A stretch of DNA of 55,972 nt, counting the filler, from Catajapyx aquilonaris (lineage: Eukaryota), in NCBI GenBank assembly GCA_000934665.2. It is 4 parts of 4 records of this genome, joined end to end, with 100 filler letters (N's around TTAATTAATTAA, not from the genome) between each part and the next. Parts side by side here need not be neighbours in the genome. Positions count along the whole stretch, not along the records: positions 42,060 to 55,972 come from JYFJ02007947.1; 3 more parts are not named here. One strand, given 5' to 3'. Under the pieces are notes generated by a model, which saw only the letters and a program-made list of their open reading frames with translations, was not told the origin of the DNA and ran no database searches. The number at the start of each line of letters is the position of its first letter. The first letter of the stretch is position 1. A program made the position numbers and the translations under genes. Shown piece after piece: positions 45,001-55,972 of the stretch.

Positions 45001-47012
45001 GAGTTGGGACTTGGGTTATATACTCGAGGAAGCTTTGGTCTGGCTGGCATTTGTTCGCTTCTGGGTTGGGGGTTTCGAGAGACTCGGGCGAGCAGCAAGT
45101 AGAGTTAAGAAGGCCAGCCCCCCGAGTTCTAATTAGGAACCATGAATGTTTGATGCCGGAGTATTGACAGGGAGCCCTATGTTCTCGGGGCATGTGTAGT
45201 GCGGAGGAAAGTGTGCGTATATGCCCGTAAATGAGAAGCGGAGAAAGTGCCTTTCTTGTGTGCAGGCACGCCTGAAATTGCTGGCAAAAAATAATGTCGA
45301 ATTCAATTAATGGTAACTATATGGGGTAAACCGGAGCCCCAAAATCCTTTGCGGGCTTAGTTAGACTCAAAACAGTTTAGGACTTTTCCCTGAATAAGCG
45401 GCACGTAAGCCATTTGTGTGCCAAGTTTCAGCACTCGCAGTAGTCCGAAAGTGGGATAGGTAGCCTGGTCATACAAACATGGAGAGAAACTGGCCTATTT
45501 ATACATGTCGCGCATTATTTGAATATATTTTAACTTGTCAATTATGTGACACCGTGTATTATTTTGTAACGGATTCCCAACCACGGCTGTGTGGAAGCGA
45601 GGGCCATTTTGTTTCGAGGGAAAAATTGCCGAGAATTTGCAGGGATTCCTTCATCTCTTCCTGTGTGTCTCTTCCTCTGGATCCTGTTACCACCCCAACT
45701 TTCTCCCCCACTTTCTCCTTTCTCTTCCCCCACCTCCTGTAATGTGCGCCATTGGCAAGGCCTCCCACGGGCTACATAAATCATCTGGCCCACTTTGCAG
45801 ACCTTCCTCCCCCAGGACTCATTTGCTCCGTTTAGCCAACATATTGCTCTCAAATTCTCGACAGGACGAAAAAGGCTCTCTTGGTACGAAGGGTGGAGAG
45901 GTCGGGGTGTGTCTGGGTAGGAGAAAAATGCCCCTGCAGATTTGTCTCCAGCTCATTCCAGATGTAAGCCACTAGTCTCATGATTTTGTGTAATTAGCGA
46001 GTGAAGCACCTGCTCACAATGAGACTTCCCGGATATGCTGGTAGGTTATGATCAGCTCTTTTTTTTGTCGTGAAAAGCCATGAGGCGCCACATGGCAAAG
46101 TCTGGTCGTCCTCAGCATGGCGCCATTGGGGGAGGGGTCTCCTCTCATTTATGAAGCTCCACAATGATCCGGGGAAAGTGAATCCGGGGCCTCTCTCCGC
46201 GGGAGGTGCCTCCTCATGCAGTCTGTTTGGATAGCGGGTTGACGTCACATGAGGGCACTTGAGGGGATTAGCTGTGTATGAGCCCCCTCTTCAAACTCCC
46301 CCCTTCCTTTTATTTTTTTTAGAGAAAACAATCCGTACCTAGCAGTCATAACTCGTCCGGTGGCGATTCGACACAATAGAAGGAAAAGAAGGGTCGATGA
46401 TAGAGAGTCCGCAGGGAAGCTCGTTTTCCAACCTCTCTGCGAGATGACATGCATGGATACCTGACGCTTTCAAACTCCCCCTGTGCTGCAGAAGGTAATG
46501 GCTTTGTCGATAATGTCATCTGTTTTGAATACACCTAGTCTATATATCCACTCCCCCCCTCCGCTTGTATATATACACAGCATGTGACCTGTCCCACTCT
46601 AGCTCCAAGCCCTCCCTCCTCCTCGTTTTGACCTGCAAAACTGAAGCTAATTGGGAATTGTCAACTTGCTCCCTTGGGCCTACCTAAACCTCGTCAGGTC
46701 GGACAGGACTAATGTTATTCGCTCTGACAGGCCCCTGATGCTCGCCTGGGCCAGGTGGTAAATAAATTTTATTCGGGGCCCTGCCCCGGATTAAAATACT
46801 GTTGGGGGTGGGTCCATGCGGAAAATTATTAATCAAGCGCGGAGGGAAATATTTACGCCCGGATTGGAACATTCGCACTTTTTTCTGCCAACTGGAATTA
46901 GTCTGGACATCAGATTTCCAGAGGAAATAGGATTAGGTTTATTAGGAAGGAGCCACAAAGCAACTATGGCTACCTGGCTATTAGAAGACTGACAGATGGG
47001 GAGACAGAAACG

Positions 47013-47128
47013 AAGACCTGTTCGACCCTACCAGTAGACGAAGCTATACCGCCGGCATAGCTCTTTGGGGTCGGGAGAAACGTAAGCCCCCACCACTACC
47101 ATGACAAGGTGGAGGCACCATCGGGGGG
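47013..47128 (-). mobile_element. RTE-clade LINE 5' UTR fragment
   Basis: CCCTACCAGTAG...TACCGCCGGCATAGCTCT...AAGCCC.CCACCAC...CAAGGTGGAG shared with 27483-27622. Confidence 0.7.
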
Positions 47129-50100
47129 CAGACGAAATAGGAATTTCCAGCTTTATCTGAAGGAATGAAAAAATCGAGTCCATGATTTTTATTGGTCCAA
47201 CCCCTGTGCATCAAAGTGCGATAAAGTCTTATTGGCGAATTGAATTAAGAAAGTCTCTCAGGGCAGATTTGTTATGCCAATGGCCGTTTCAGGCATGACT
47301 TGACAATGGTGATCAGAAGGGGGTGGGGACAGAGTAGGGGGGACATGGAGAGACCAGGGGAGGGCAGGGGCCATGCATAGGACAGAGCCATTAATCAAAC
47401 CCAAAGGGCGACCTGCTGAACAGGCTTTTTAAAAAAAAGAGAGAGAAGAGAGAGAGAGAGAGTGCCCTACCCTCCCTTTCGTCATCATCATCATTGGACT
47501 GAAAACACACTCGCGCTCCGTTTAGCATCCATAAGCAGACTAATCCCGCCAGGGGACCGCCGCTTTTTTTTTTTTTCACCAACCTCTCTTTTTTTTATCA
47601 CCAAAGCCATGACAACCGTGCTGAGATAATCCATCAAGTGAAGAGGTAGAGCTGGTGGATCTGCACAGGAGCTTTTTATTTACTACCGTTTTATGCACGG
47701 TGTATGAAAGAGGTTTTGGGACTTTATATCCGTGACTCTTTTATCATCAGTCAACTTCTCTTTTTTTTGCGCTTTTTTTGACAGCAGGTTTGGTGGGGGT
47801 GGGGGGAGGGGGGAGGAAACTTTGGTTAGAGGGTGGGCTTGATTGGGAATGCAAATGAGAGGGATATTTTACACTGTGCAAAGTTAGGGAAAGAACAATG
47901 CGGAGGATAAACTTATTGTTGGGCCATTTCGACCACAAGTTCAGTGTAAATACGCGGTCGTAAAACAAAATTGTAGATGACTCAGTTGCCACTTTTCACA
48001 GTTGTAATACTAATGATAGTAATGGGCATTAAATCATTCTTGGTTGAAATGCTTATAATGAGCGTGGAAGACACTTGGATTTGAACAACTTTAATAATAA
48101 TTGCTAGATACGTCGTATACATTAATTTTATAATGTCAAAGAAAGACAATCATGTGCTAATATTGAAAAGGAACCATTCCAGAATGGATTTTTAATGTAC
48201 CATAAATCATGATTTACTACGGTAGTTACAATTATAATAGGAAATATTGGTCCTATATCTCCGATTGGGAAGAGATAATACTGTATTACGATTTGTGATA
48301 AATTGGATTTTTTATTCATTGTATGGTGCTAAAATGACGATGTTTGCTCCACTAAAGAAATTGCGTATAAGTTGTAATCTCCGAGGAGGTAGCAGTTGAT
48401 AAACTCTCGCGTATACTCTCTGTACGTGAAGTATAGGATCTGACGTGTTGAATACATCGGTACTGTATAAAGTGAATATAAAATGCCACTAAAATATTTC
48501 AACAACAATTCGTAACGAGATTTTTATTGTCCAAATCTTACGACGTTAGTGCAATAATTTACAATCACTTCGGCAAATTGTGAAATTTGATGAAACTGTT
48601 TTATAAAAATGTGTTTTCGTGTATTGCTAAACCGTGATTGTTTATTATGATCATAAGTTTGTTTAATTTTGTTTAATTGCTCATATTGACGGAATGTAAT
48701 GATGGTGTCACTTGGGAAATAATTTTCGTTCCATACTGTCACACGTGCCAATGCAATTTTGGGTAATAGTAAAGTTGACCCCTTGCCAAAAAATTTCAAA
48801 CTCTCTTTAGCTTTCCTTCCTCACATATATATACACTCACGCCTTGATATATTCCCTAGTGTTCCTCCTCCTCCTCCTCCTCCTCCTCCTCTCTCCCGAA
48901 ATCCATAGGGGTTTTTCCAAATAGAGACCACGCCTCATTGACCATGACGAGGGCAACGAACACCATATGCCTTAATTACTCGCCCTTTGCATCGATTTTT
49001 TATCCCTTGTTCCGGAAGCCCACGAGGAAAGGCCCATCCTCATCACGGAAGCACACATGAACCGAGCTTATTGTTGTTATATTTCTGTCCCCTCCCTGCA
49101 TGTGTATACCACACATGGAGACGACAAGTGGTGCAAAGAAGTGATCTCCAGAGGTGCGTCCGGATGGCAGGTGGGGAAGTGCTGGGCTGGTCCTCTCTCT
49201 TTCCCTCTCCCATTCTCTCTGTGGGCTCTATATCCCCTCCCCATCTGCAGCAGGCCCTCTCCATAAGCTAGCAGGCCATGAAATTTTGATGTCCGTGACT
49301 GCGGGCAGCAACGCGGCCGTGATGAATGATGCACGAGCCCTGCCCACACCGCCGACCAGACTGACATGCGACACCCGAGATTACCTCAAACCCAGCACCC
49401 TCCACCCTCCAAACCTTCCTTTTAACTTGCACCCATTTTGATGCACAATACTTGTCGTTCCAGGATGTTTCTGCATTCATATTTGGGGTTATTATTTTTT
49501 TGATTTCAAATCCTGCCCTTCGAATGGAAGAATTCTCTCCAAGTCTCAAGGATCGGCAAGTCTTGGCAAGGGCAAAGTTGTCATTATTATTATTTTAAAC
49601 ACACACGCACAAAATATCAATGAAAGAACGGTGCAGGTGAGAACCAAGTGAAATAACATAAAATGTTGACTTAATATTGCATGGCTGGTGTTGCTCTTAA
49701 TTAGGTGGAAAATGGAAACTCTGTGTTTTCCTAATTAGATCCGACTAATAACTGCAATTTTTTAACTTGGTCTCAGGAAGCTCTAGATACCTATTTTATA
49801 GATTAAATTCAATTAAGTTTTATTTGTAATCTTAAAAAGTTAATTACTCTTAATTGTTTATTTTATCAATTCAATATTATACTTTAATTTATTATGTACT
49901 TTTTAAAGATATATTACCCATTTCATTTCTTCAAAACTAGTAATTTTTACATTCAGTTGTTTCATTACATAATTAGTTTGGCCTACTTATTTGTAATTTT
50001 TACTTTTATGCAGGAATTAATAAATTTTTTGTCACTGTGAAGCAGTTAGCTATAGATTAGCTTGTTTTTAACCAAACCTAACATAATTTTATAAAGTCAA

Positions 50101-50650
50101 TGCCTGCGAAATGCTGGTTTATATCCCTGCCTATCATGACTACAAACACATGAACATTGTTAATGTACATTTTAATAAACACTGCAACTAAAAATGGATA
50201 CCAACTGCCTTTGCCCCATAAAACTAGTGTTGAAATAAATATATTGAAGGCATCATGGGTCGGTTCCAATTAAGCCTGATTTGGCAACTATTCTACCGTA
50301 TACAATTCTTTGCATTTATTTTATTGGCTCATGTGACTATATGCCAATGTTCGTATAGAGACAGGCACCATTAGACAGAGCCAACAACTAGCTGAGTTCT
50401 AATTACGTGGCCTTTTGAGTAAACCTATACCGCTGGATATCTCCCTCTAAAGCCTGTTGCACAAGTAATTTCGAAAAATAATAGATACATCCAACACAAC
50501 TTATTTCTCATCAGGTACAGGAGAGTGCAAGAACCATCTGAATCCACTAAGCTCAAAGAAAAACCACAAAATTGCAAACCACAGATTTTAATACGTGCAG
50601 AATAAATACTTGCATTTTTCTCCAGGATCATACCGTATACGGTATGATGC

Positions 50651-50710
50651 TATACTCTTTTGAGGTGATAAGTTCAAGTATACTTGAAGTTATCACCTCA
50701 AAAGAGTGTA
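50651..50710. repeat. 60-bp near-perfect palindrome
   Basis: TATACTCTTTTGAGGTGATAAGTTCAAGTA|TACTTGAAGTTATCACCTCAAAAGAGTGTA, two mismatched pairs. Confidence 0.9.
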
Positions 50711-51767
50711 CTGACATTCCCGCCTAAAGCTTTGAGGGCAAGGCGAGATCAAAAGTATTTTCACTATTTAAAAAATGACATAGCATCAAAATTTCAGCTG
50801 TGAAGAGTGCCATTTATTTCTTGAGAGAATGAAAGAAGGGGGAGATGGAGCAAAACCAGAGCAAAAAGTCATTGCGTCTCACTTATCATGTGCCTGATCT
50901 GATGGATCCCTTACGCCGCAGCGTCTCCGTCTGGAGCCCTCCTTCCCTTGGCTCAAGACAGAGGCAAATGTCACCAGCCGCAGATTTCCTCCAGACGACG
51001 ACGCCATGACACTTTTTATATATATATTCAGGGAGACTGTCAAGAACGTGCTGAGTTTTTAGAGATTTAGTAACATCCATCATAAATAAATATTGCACCA
51101 GCAATTCGCAGCTTGGATTCAATTCAGCCTAACATTAGCATGTGAAAGTAATTATGCAAAAGTAACTGTTTTGTGCCAAAAAATTTCTAACCAGTATTCA
51201 ATCGAAACAGTTTGTGTAATCATAATTATTTCCTAATTATTATTTGAAACAACCAGCCTTTAGCAGCAAAAAAAGAACGTGCATTACAGGGCGAGTTGAT
51301 GGACTCTCGCTCCTTTAACCTGCTCTCCTTGTTGTGTTTAGGCCATCAATAATGCCAGCACAGCCCCTGTGGTGGTGTTCATAATATTCCGCACGGCCCG
51401 AATCCGCACATAAGCATGCCAGGTAATATGTATATAGAGCGGCTATGACCCGAGGGGTGGTCAGTTTTAATCCCCTCCTCAACCTCTTATAAGCACTCAA
51501 ATCCTGTTGGCAACGCCAACAAACCGAGCTTCTCAATGAATTATTGCCCTAATATGAGGAGCCCGAGCTAAAGCAAGCAAGTTGGGGCGTCTGACGCGGA
51601 TAAATCTGATGAAATTCTGACAAAACTAACTTGCAACAATGTTTTCTAATAATGACCTTACCGTTCATAATAAATTTTAATTTGGGAATTGCTAACTACT
51701 CAATATTCGGAGCACCACATAAACCTGGCTGTTGTAGTAACCATAATTGTAGTCTGCTATTCACATA

Positions 51768-51968
51768 CCCGTCAAACGTGGTGAGATTGCGCCAGGTAGG
51801 GTGAGATTGTGCCAGCGCATTTTTGGACATGTAAACTAGCAAATTTAAGCATGTTTCACTATGTTTCGGGATGGGCAAGGTTGGCAATGACCAGTAAAAT
51901 TCGCGGTGGGGCTCACTGTTGATGTTGGTCCAAAAATGGGCTGGCACAATCTCACCACGTTTGACGGG
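51768..51968. mobile_element. pogo/Fot1-like MITE
   Basis: TA|CCCGTCAAACGTGGTGAGATTG...CAATCTCACCACGTTTGACGGG|TA. Confidence 0.8.
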
Positions 51969-53329
51969 TATTACTCAACCATATAGGACACTAACTTGTA
52001 CAAATTTTATATTTTATAAAATATTGTGTTAGTTCTTGATTTGTTCACAAAAATATATTTTAAACGAGATTATTTTGCAAATCACGCGAGCAGAGGGAAA
52101 TGAGGCTGACGACAAGATGCTATTCGAATATGACAAGAATGGCATTCATTGTTGTCAGTCTCATTTCCCGTTGCTAGAAAATTAACAAATATCTCAATCT
52201 TACTGTTTGACCTTGGCGGATAGAGTGAACCCGGAAAATCGGAAGTGGCCGGTCACCGGAAATTGACATTGGACCGTCTTTAGGGTCCGCTGAATCCGAA
52301 CCCAAAAACCGTTTGCCGCGATCTCTTGTGGTTTAGTCCCTGATACCTGTCCAGTGTCCATAGACGGACGGACACAACCGTTCTATGATACCGGTACTTG
52401 TTTTTTTTGCAGAGAAAAAGGTCTAAAATTGCACAAATTCAGCCATGTCTGGGTTGAGTTATATTAATATTGATGCATGCGGAGTAGATGTGGATTGCTG
52501 CAAGTTCTTCATATTATAAAGTCACTCTTTCTCCTTACTCCATTTGCAGCTTTTCCCTTCTTTTCCTCCCCCATTTGACCCCAAAGGGCTCTCTTTGGGG
52601 GGGGGGGGGGTGGACTAGGGATCCTGCAGCAAGCAGGCAAAGGCGGGGCTCCAGAGCTACGGCCAGAGAGTCGAGTTAGAGTCGAATCGATAGGCGAAGA
52701 GGATTGGTTGGAGCAGCCAAGAGCTAGGCGGAGTCTCTCTCTCTCTCTCTTCTTGCTTCCACCACACTTTTTTTCCTCCCCTTCGTCTCTAGCACTACCT
52801 TGCTTTTGCCTCTTCCTTCGCCCCCTGCAAGACACCATCCTCCTCGCCTATTGATCTGTTTCCAAGAGACTCCAACGACCTCTTTCTTGCTGCGGAGCCA
52901 GCCCACCACCCATGGATCTACTTCCTAACTTCTCTCTCCCCCAACATTTCCTTCTCTCTCTCCCCCCAGCACCACCAGACTCCCTACTCCTAATGGAGGC
53001 ACAGATTTACCCGACAAGGCGACGTTTTATCAGGCCTTAATTTTTTTTTGTTCTGCCCCGGAAAAAAAACAGAAGGCGGGGATTTTCCTTCTGTTCGGCC
53101 TTTAAAAGCAGCAGTAACTTTTGCTTGGCTGAGAGCTGTTTTCGCTTCAAAAGGTGCGTGACAAAGAGGTTAGGCCCAAGAGTTGCAAGAAAACCATTCC
53201 CATGCACTAGCTCAGTAAACAAACATAAAGTGTGTAAACTGATCATCAGAATGTGTATTAACAAAGAGGAATTATATTGGCATAAACAGTAGGCCTACAT
53301 TCCATAAGCCTTTGTTTGATTTTTTAAAT

Positions 53330-53615
53330 GTTTTCTTTGGAGTTATGGTTTCTTAGAGAGTTATGGCCTCAAAAGGTCCGGTTGCAGAACCTCCAGGAAA
53401 GTATTTCTGGCTCTTTTTCCCGACGGATTTTTCTGGAGCACCTGAACCACACTTGTATACATCCCAGATATTTTTTGACTAGTTTTTTAACTTTTTCTTT
53501 GTGGTTATGATTTCTTTGATATAGTCATGGCCTCAGGGTCCGATTGCACCACCTCCACGAAAATTTTCCGACTCTTTTCCCACCGAATTTTTCTGGAGCA
53601 GCACATGAACCACCT
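53330..53615. repeat. Degenerate ~163-bp tandem duplication
   Basis: TTTCTTTG..GTTATG...ATGGCCTCA..GGTCCG.TTGCA..ACCTCCA...ATTTTTCTGGAGCA...TGAACCAC occurs twice. Confidence 0.75.
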
Positions 53616-54168
53616 ATGTGTAAGCCTATACCAGCTATATGAGAATATTAGTTTGAATATTTAACTACGACTAATGATAGATTGCAACACATGACGTAAG
53701 TGATCTTACCAGGATTTAACTGAAGGCACTGCTAATAAACATTGGTCAAATCTTTATTAGACCCTGAGTCGATTGCCCGTTATTTTAGTTGATGAAGTGT
53801 TTCGACCACAACAATCCCACCATCTTCCTCTGTACCTCCAAGATGATGAAGACAAACAAGAGGTAGCTCAGAGACACTTTTCATCCCTCCCTAGCTTTCT
53901 CTTCTTTTTTTTCATCTTTCCGAAGATATCTGCGAGGCTTCAGCCCAGAAAAAAAAGAAGCGAAAAAGAGAAGAGAGCGCTTGGCAAACCGGGGAGAATC
54001 GTTAAAAGTCCCGACTGATCTCCCCGTCCTTTTCAATTAGAGAAATGGTCCGTCATCCCCTGGGGAGGACCTCCATATTCGCCCGCAGTTAATCATCCTC
54101 GCCTAGCTGCCATACAATGCTGCTTGCCAGGGAGTTGCCTTAGGGGGAGGGGAAGGAAAGAGCTCAAG

Positions 54169-54223
54169 GAAGAAGAAGAAGAAGAAGAAGAAGAAGAAGA
54201 AGAAGAAGAAGAAGAAGAAGAAG
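54169..54223. repeat. (GAA)n microsatellite
   Basis: Direct reading of the sequence. Confidence 0.95.
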
Positions 54224-54339
54224 AGAAAAAAATATTAAGAGGATACTGTAGTAACTTACATCTTGGTGTGTACTCGGGAATCCTAGTTAGAAACTTCTAG
54301 CCCAGAGATGAAAGCTAGCCTGCTGTGAAAACAAGTTGT

Positions 54340-54630
54340 ACAGGGTGGTCCGAACGGGTATATGCAACATTGAAACAAACGAAGTGAAAAGCTCGAAACA
54401 GTGTCATGTAATAGCAACAAAGCCTTTCACGACTTATTATGCATGTCCTATACCGCATCACGAAAATTTATTTGCATTAGTTCTTACACCATTTGAATTG
54501 AAGCTGCTGTTGTGGAGTAAAAGGGACTATAGTAATTACCTAGTGGCGAAACTCCGGGGACCAAATGGCACGTGCACATAAAGGGTCCAGGGCCAGCAGA
54601 ATGTTGTAGAAATCATTACGAAACACCCTG
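54340..54630. mobile_element. Degenerate Tc1/mariner-type MITE
   Basis: TA|CAGGGTG left end and ...CACCCTG right end. Confidence 0.45.
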
Positions 54631-55972
54631 TTTTCGGGGATGGCTTCTCTGAGGTTATGTACACATTGTACAGTACAGGCCAATACAGGCAGTGCTCGTA
54701 TATTGATTTGTGATTATCAATGACAGGAACTGCAGTTAAATAATTGCAGGGTGGCTGTACCGGTATTTTTAGTCAAATTATTACTTTACAATATATTTAA
54801 TAGCTAATTTATAAAAATTACTGCTAATAATAAAATTGGTGATGATGTGTACTATAATATTGTAGAGTATAGACAGTTTAGCTGATATTGATTAGCATGC
54901 CAAGAAAATTCATTCGAATAATTTAATAACGAAATATATGCTCTCCGTAAAAAGAGGCGTGTCATTATTCTGTGAAATATGTATACAGTAGGCTAATGGC
55001 TTTATGGAATAGGGTTTTACCCTGATTTTATGTCAAAGAGATACTCTGTGAACTTCGTAATATTGAATTTATATTCTTGGTAAATGATTGAATTTATTGT
55101 GTTACTCATTGTATTGATGATGATGATGATTATTTGATGCAGAAGTCTACACGAATGTCTACTGCCTTGCCTGGTCTACTCTTATAGGATACACGATGTG
55201 GTTTGTCGTCCATTTTCTGCTTTATCACTGCCTAATCGTTTTTATATTACGGAAATTTTATTATAATAATGATTATTGTTATTAATAGCCTTTATTATAG
55301 CATGCAGTTTAATAACTTAAAACTATTATAAATTTCACGCCACTTGCATCGCGCACTGTTAACAACATCATTTGATCAAGCATATTGAAGCTCAAGTCAG
55401 TCAGTAGCCTACACTTACAGGCTTCAGTTACAAGTCAGTATTCATATAAGTTAATGAATTGTTATTCAGTGAGACAGTATAATATAAGCTTCAGTTGCAA
55501 ACTTCTGATTTTTATGATTAGGCCATAGATTAGGCCCACATTCCTTTTCTTTAAAAGAAAAATTCTAGTCATAGAATAATGTTGGTTAGTGCTGTTTGAG
55601 GATTTGATATCTCCAGAGCCTTATTTAAAGGTATGGGGCCCATTTTTTCACCATAGTTTATATAAACTAAGGTTAAATTATTATTAACTGAGTGATGCTC
55701 GATTCACGAGAACACATCGTAGTTTGCATTTCCTGCCATCTGTCGGTGGCTTTTCCACACTATAAAATTATTTCGGTGAATGGTAACCCCATCTAGCGCC
55801 AGTTGGACTCAGACTCTGGTATTGACTTGAGACTTGTTTACAGGGATCAGAAGATTACCTCCAGTAATTCCAATTAAAATTGATTACCGACAACAATATT
55901 GTGGGAACTAAGACGAACAGCGCCGGATTTACCCCCCGGCCGCCCTTAGGCACTTGAGATACGCCCCCCCCC

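Noticed and set aside
42060..55972. Short ORFs, conserved arthropod microRNAs and hammerhead ribozymes in contig 4
   Set aside because: ORFs lack domains and codon bias. By eye I found no match to the conserved miRNAs I recall, and only incomplete hammerhead-like cores (~43150-43190, ~53800-53830). An Infernal/Rfam scan would be decisive.

Overview
Animal nuclear DNA, almost certainly arthropod (an SVWC gene, a BTB exon, DD41D-like and Chapaev3 transposons, short GT-AG introns). It is not one locus. Four contigs of nearly identical length (13915, 13916, 13928, 13913 bp) are joined by 100-nt artificial spacers (N44-TTAATTAATTAA-N44). Contig 1 (1-13915): 5' exons of a divergent PSMD8/Rpn12 head-to-head with a 7-exon, 236-aa gene (low-complexity N-terminus, single C-terminal FN3 domain, invisible in the ORF track), a BTB exon, and the first two exons of FAM98. 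Contig 2 (14016-27931): a 103-aa PPPPY plus Cys-rich-tail microprotein, an unrecognised ~346-aa helical protein, a complete 9-exon RNMT, and a divergent pair of secreted-protein genes (single-domain VWC and C-type lectin). Contig 3 (28032-41959): five exons of a DDX43-like helicase with an intact RecA1 domain and a degenerate, apparently truncated RecA2 domain. Contig 4 (42060-55972): no exon that I can recognise. Introns are full of DNA-transposon derivatives (Tc1/mariner, hAT, Academ-like, Sola2-like, piggyBac, Harbinger, Chapaev3, Helitron), including a triple-nested palindromic MITE. There are also four tRNA-derived SINE head types: a V-domain SINE, a shared covarying 3' stem-loop, and one SINE insertion with apparent 3' transduction. 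Gene models were built by hand from splice sites and phase; family calls come from motif recognition, not database searches. I cannot demonstrate a new biological system; the best leads are listed under findings.
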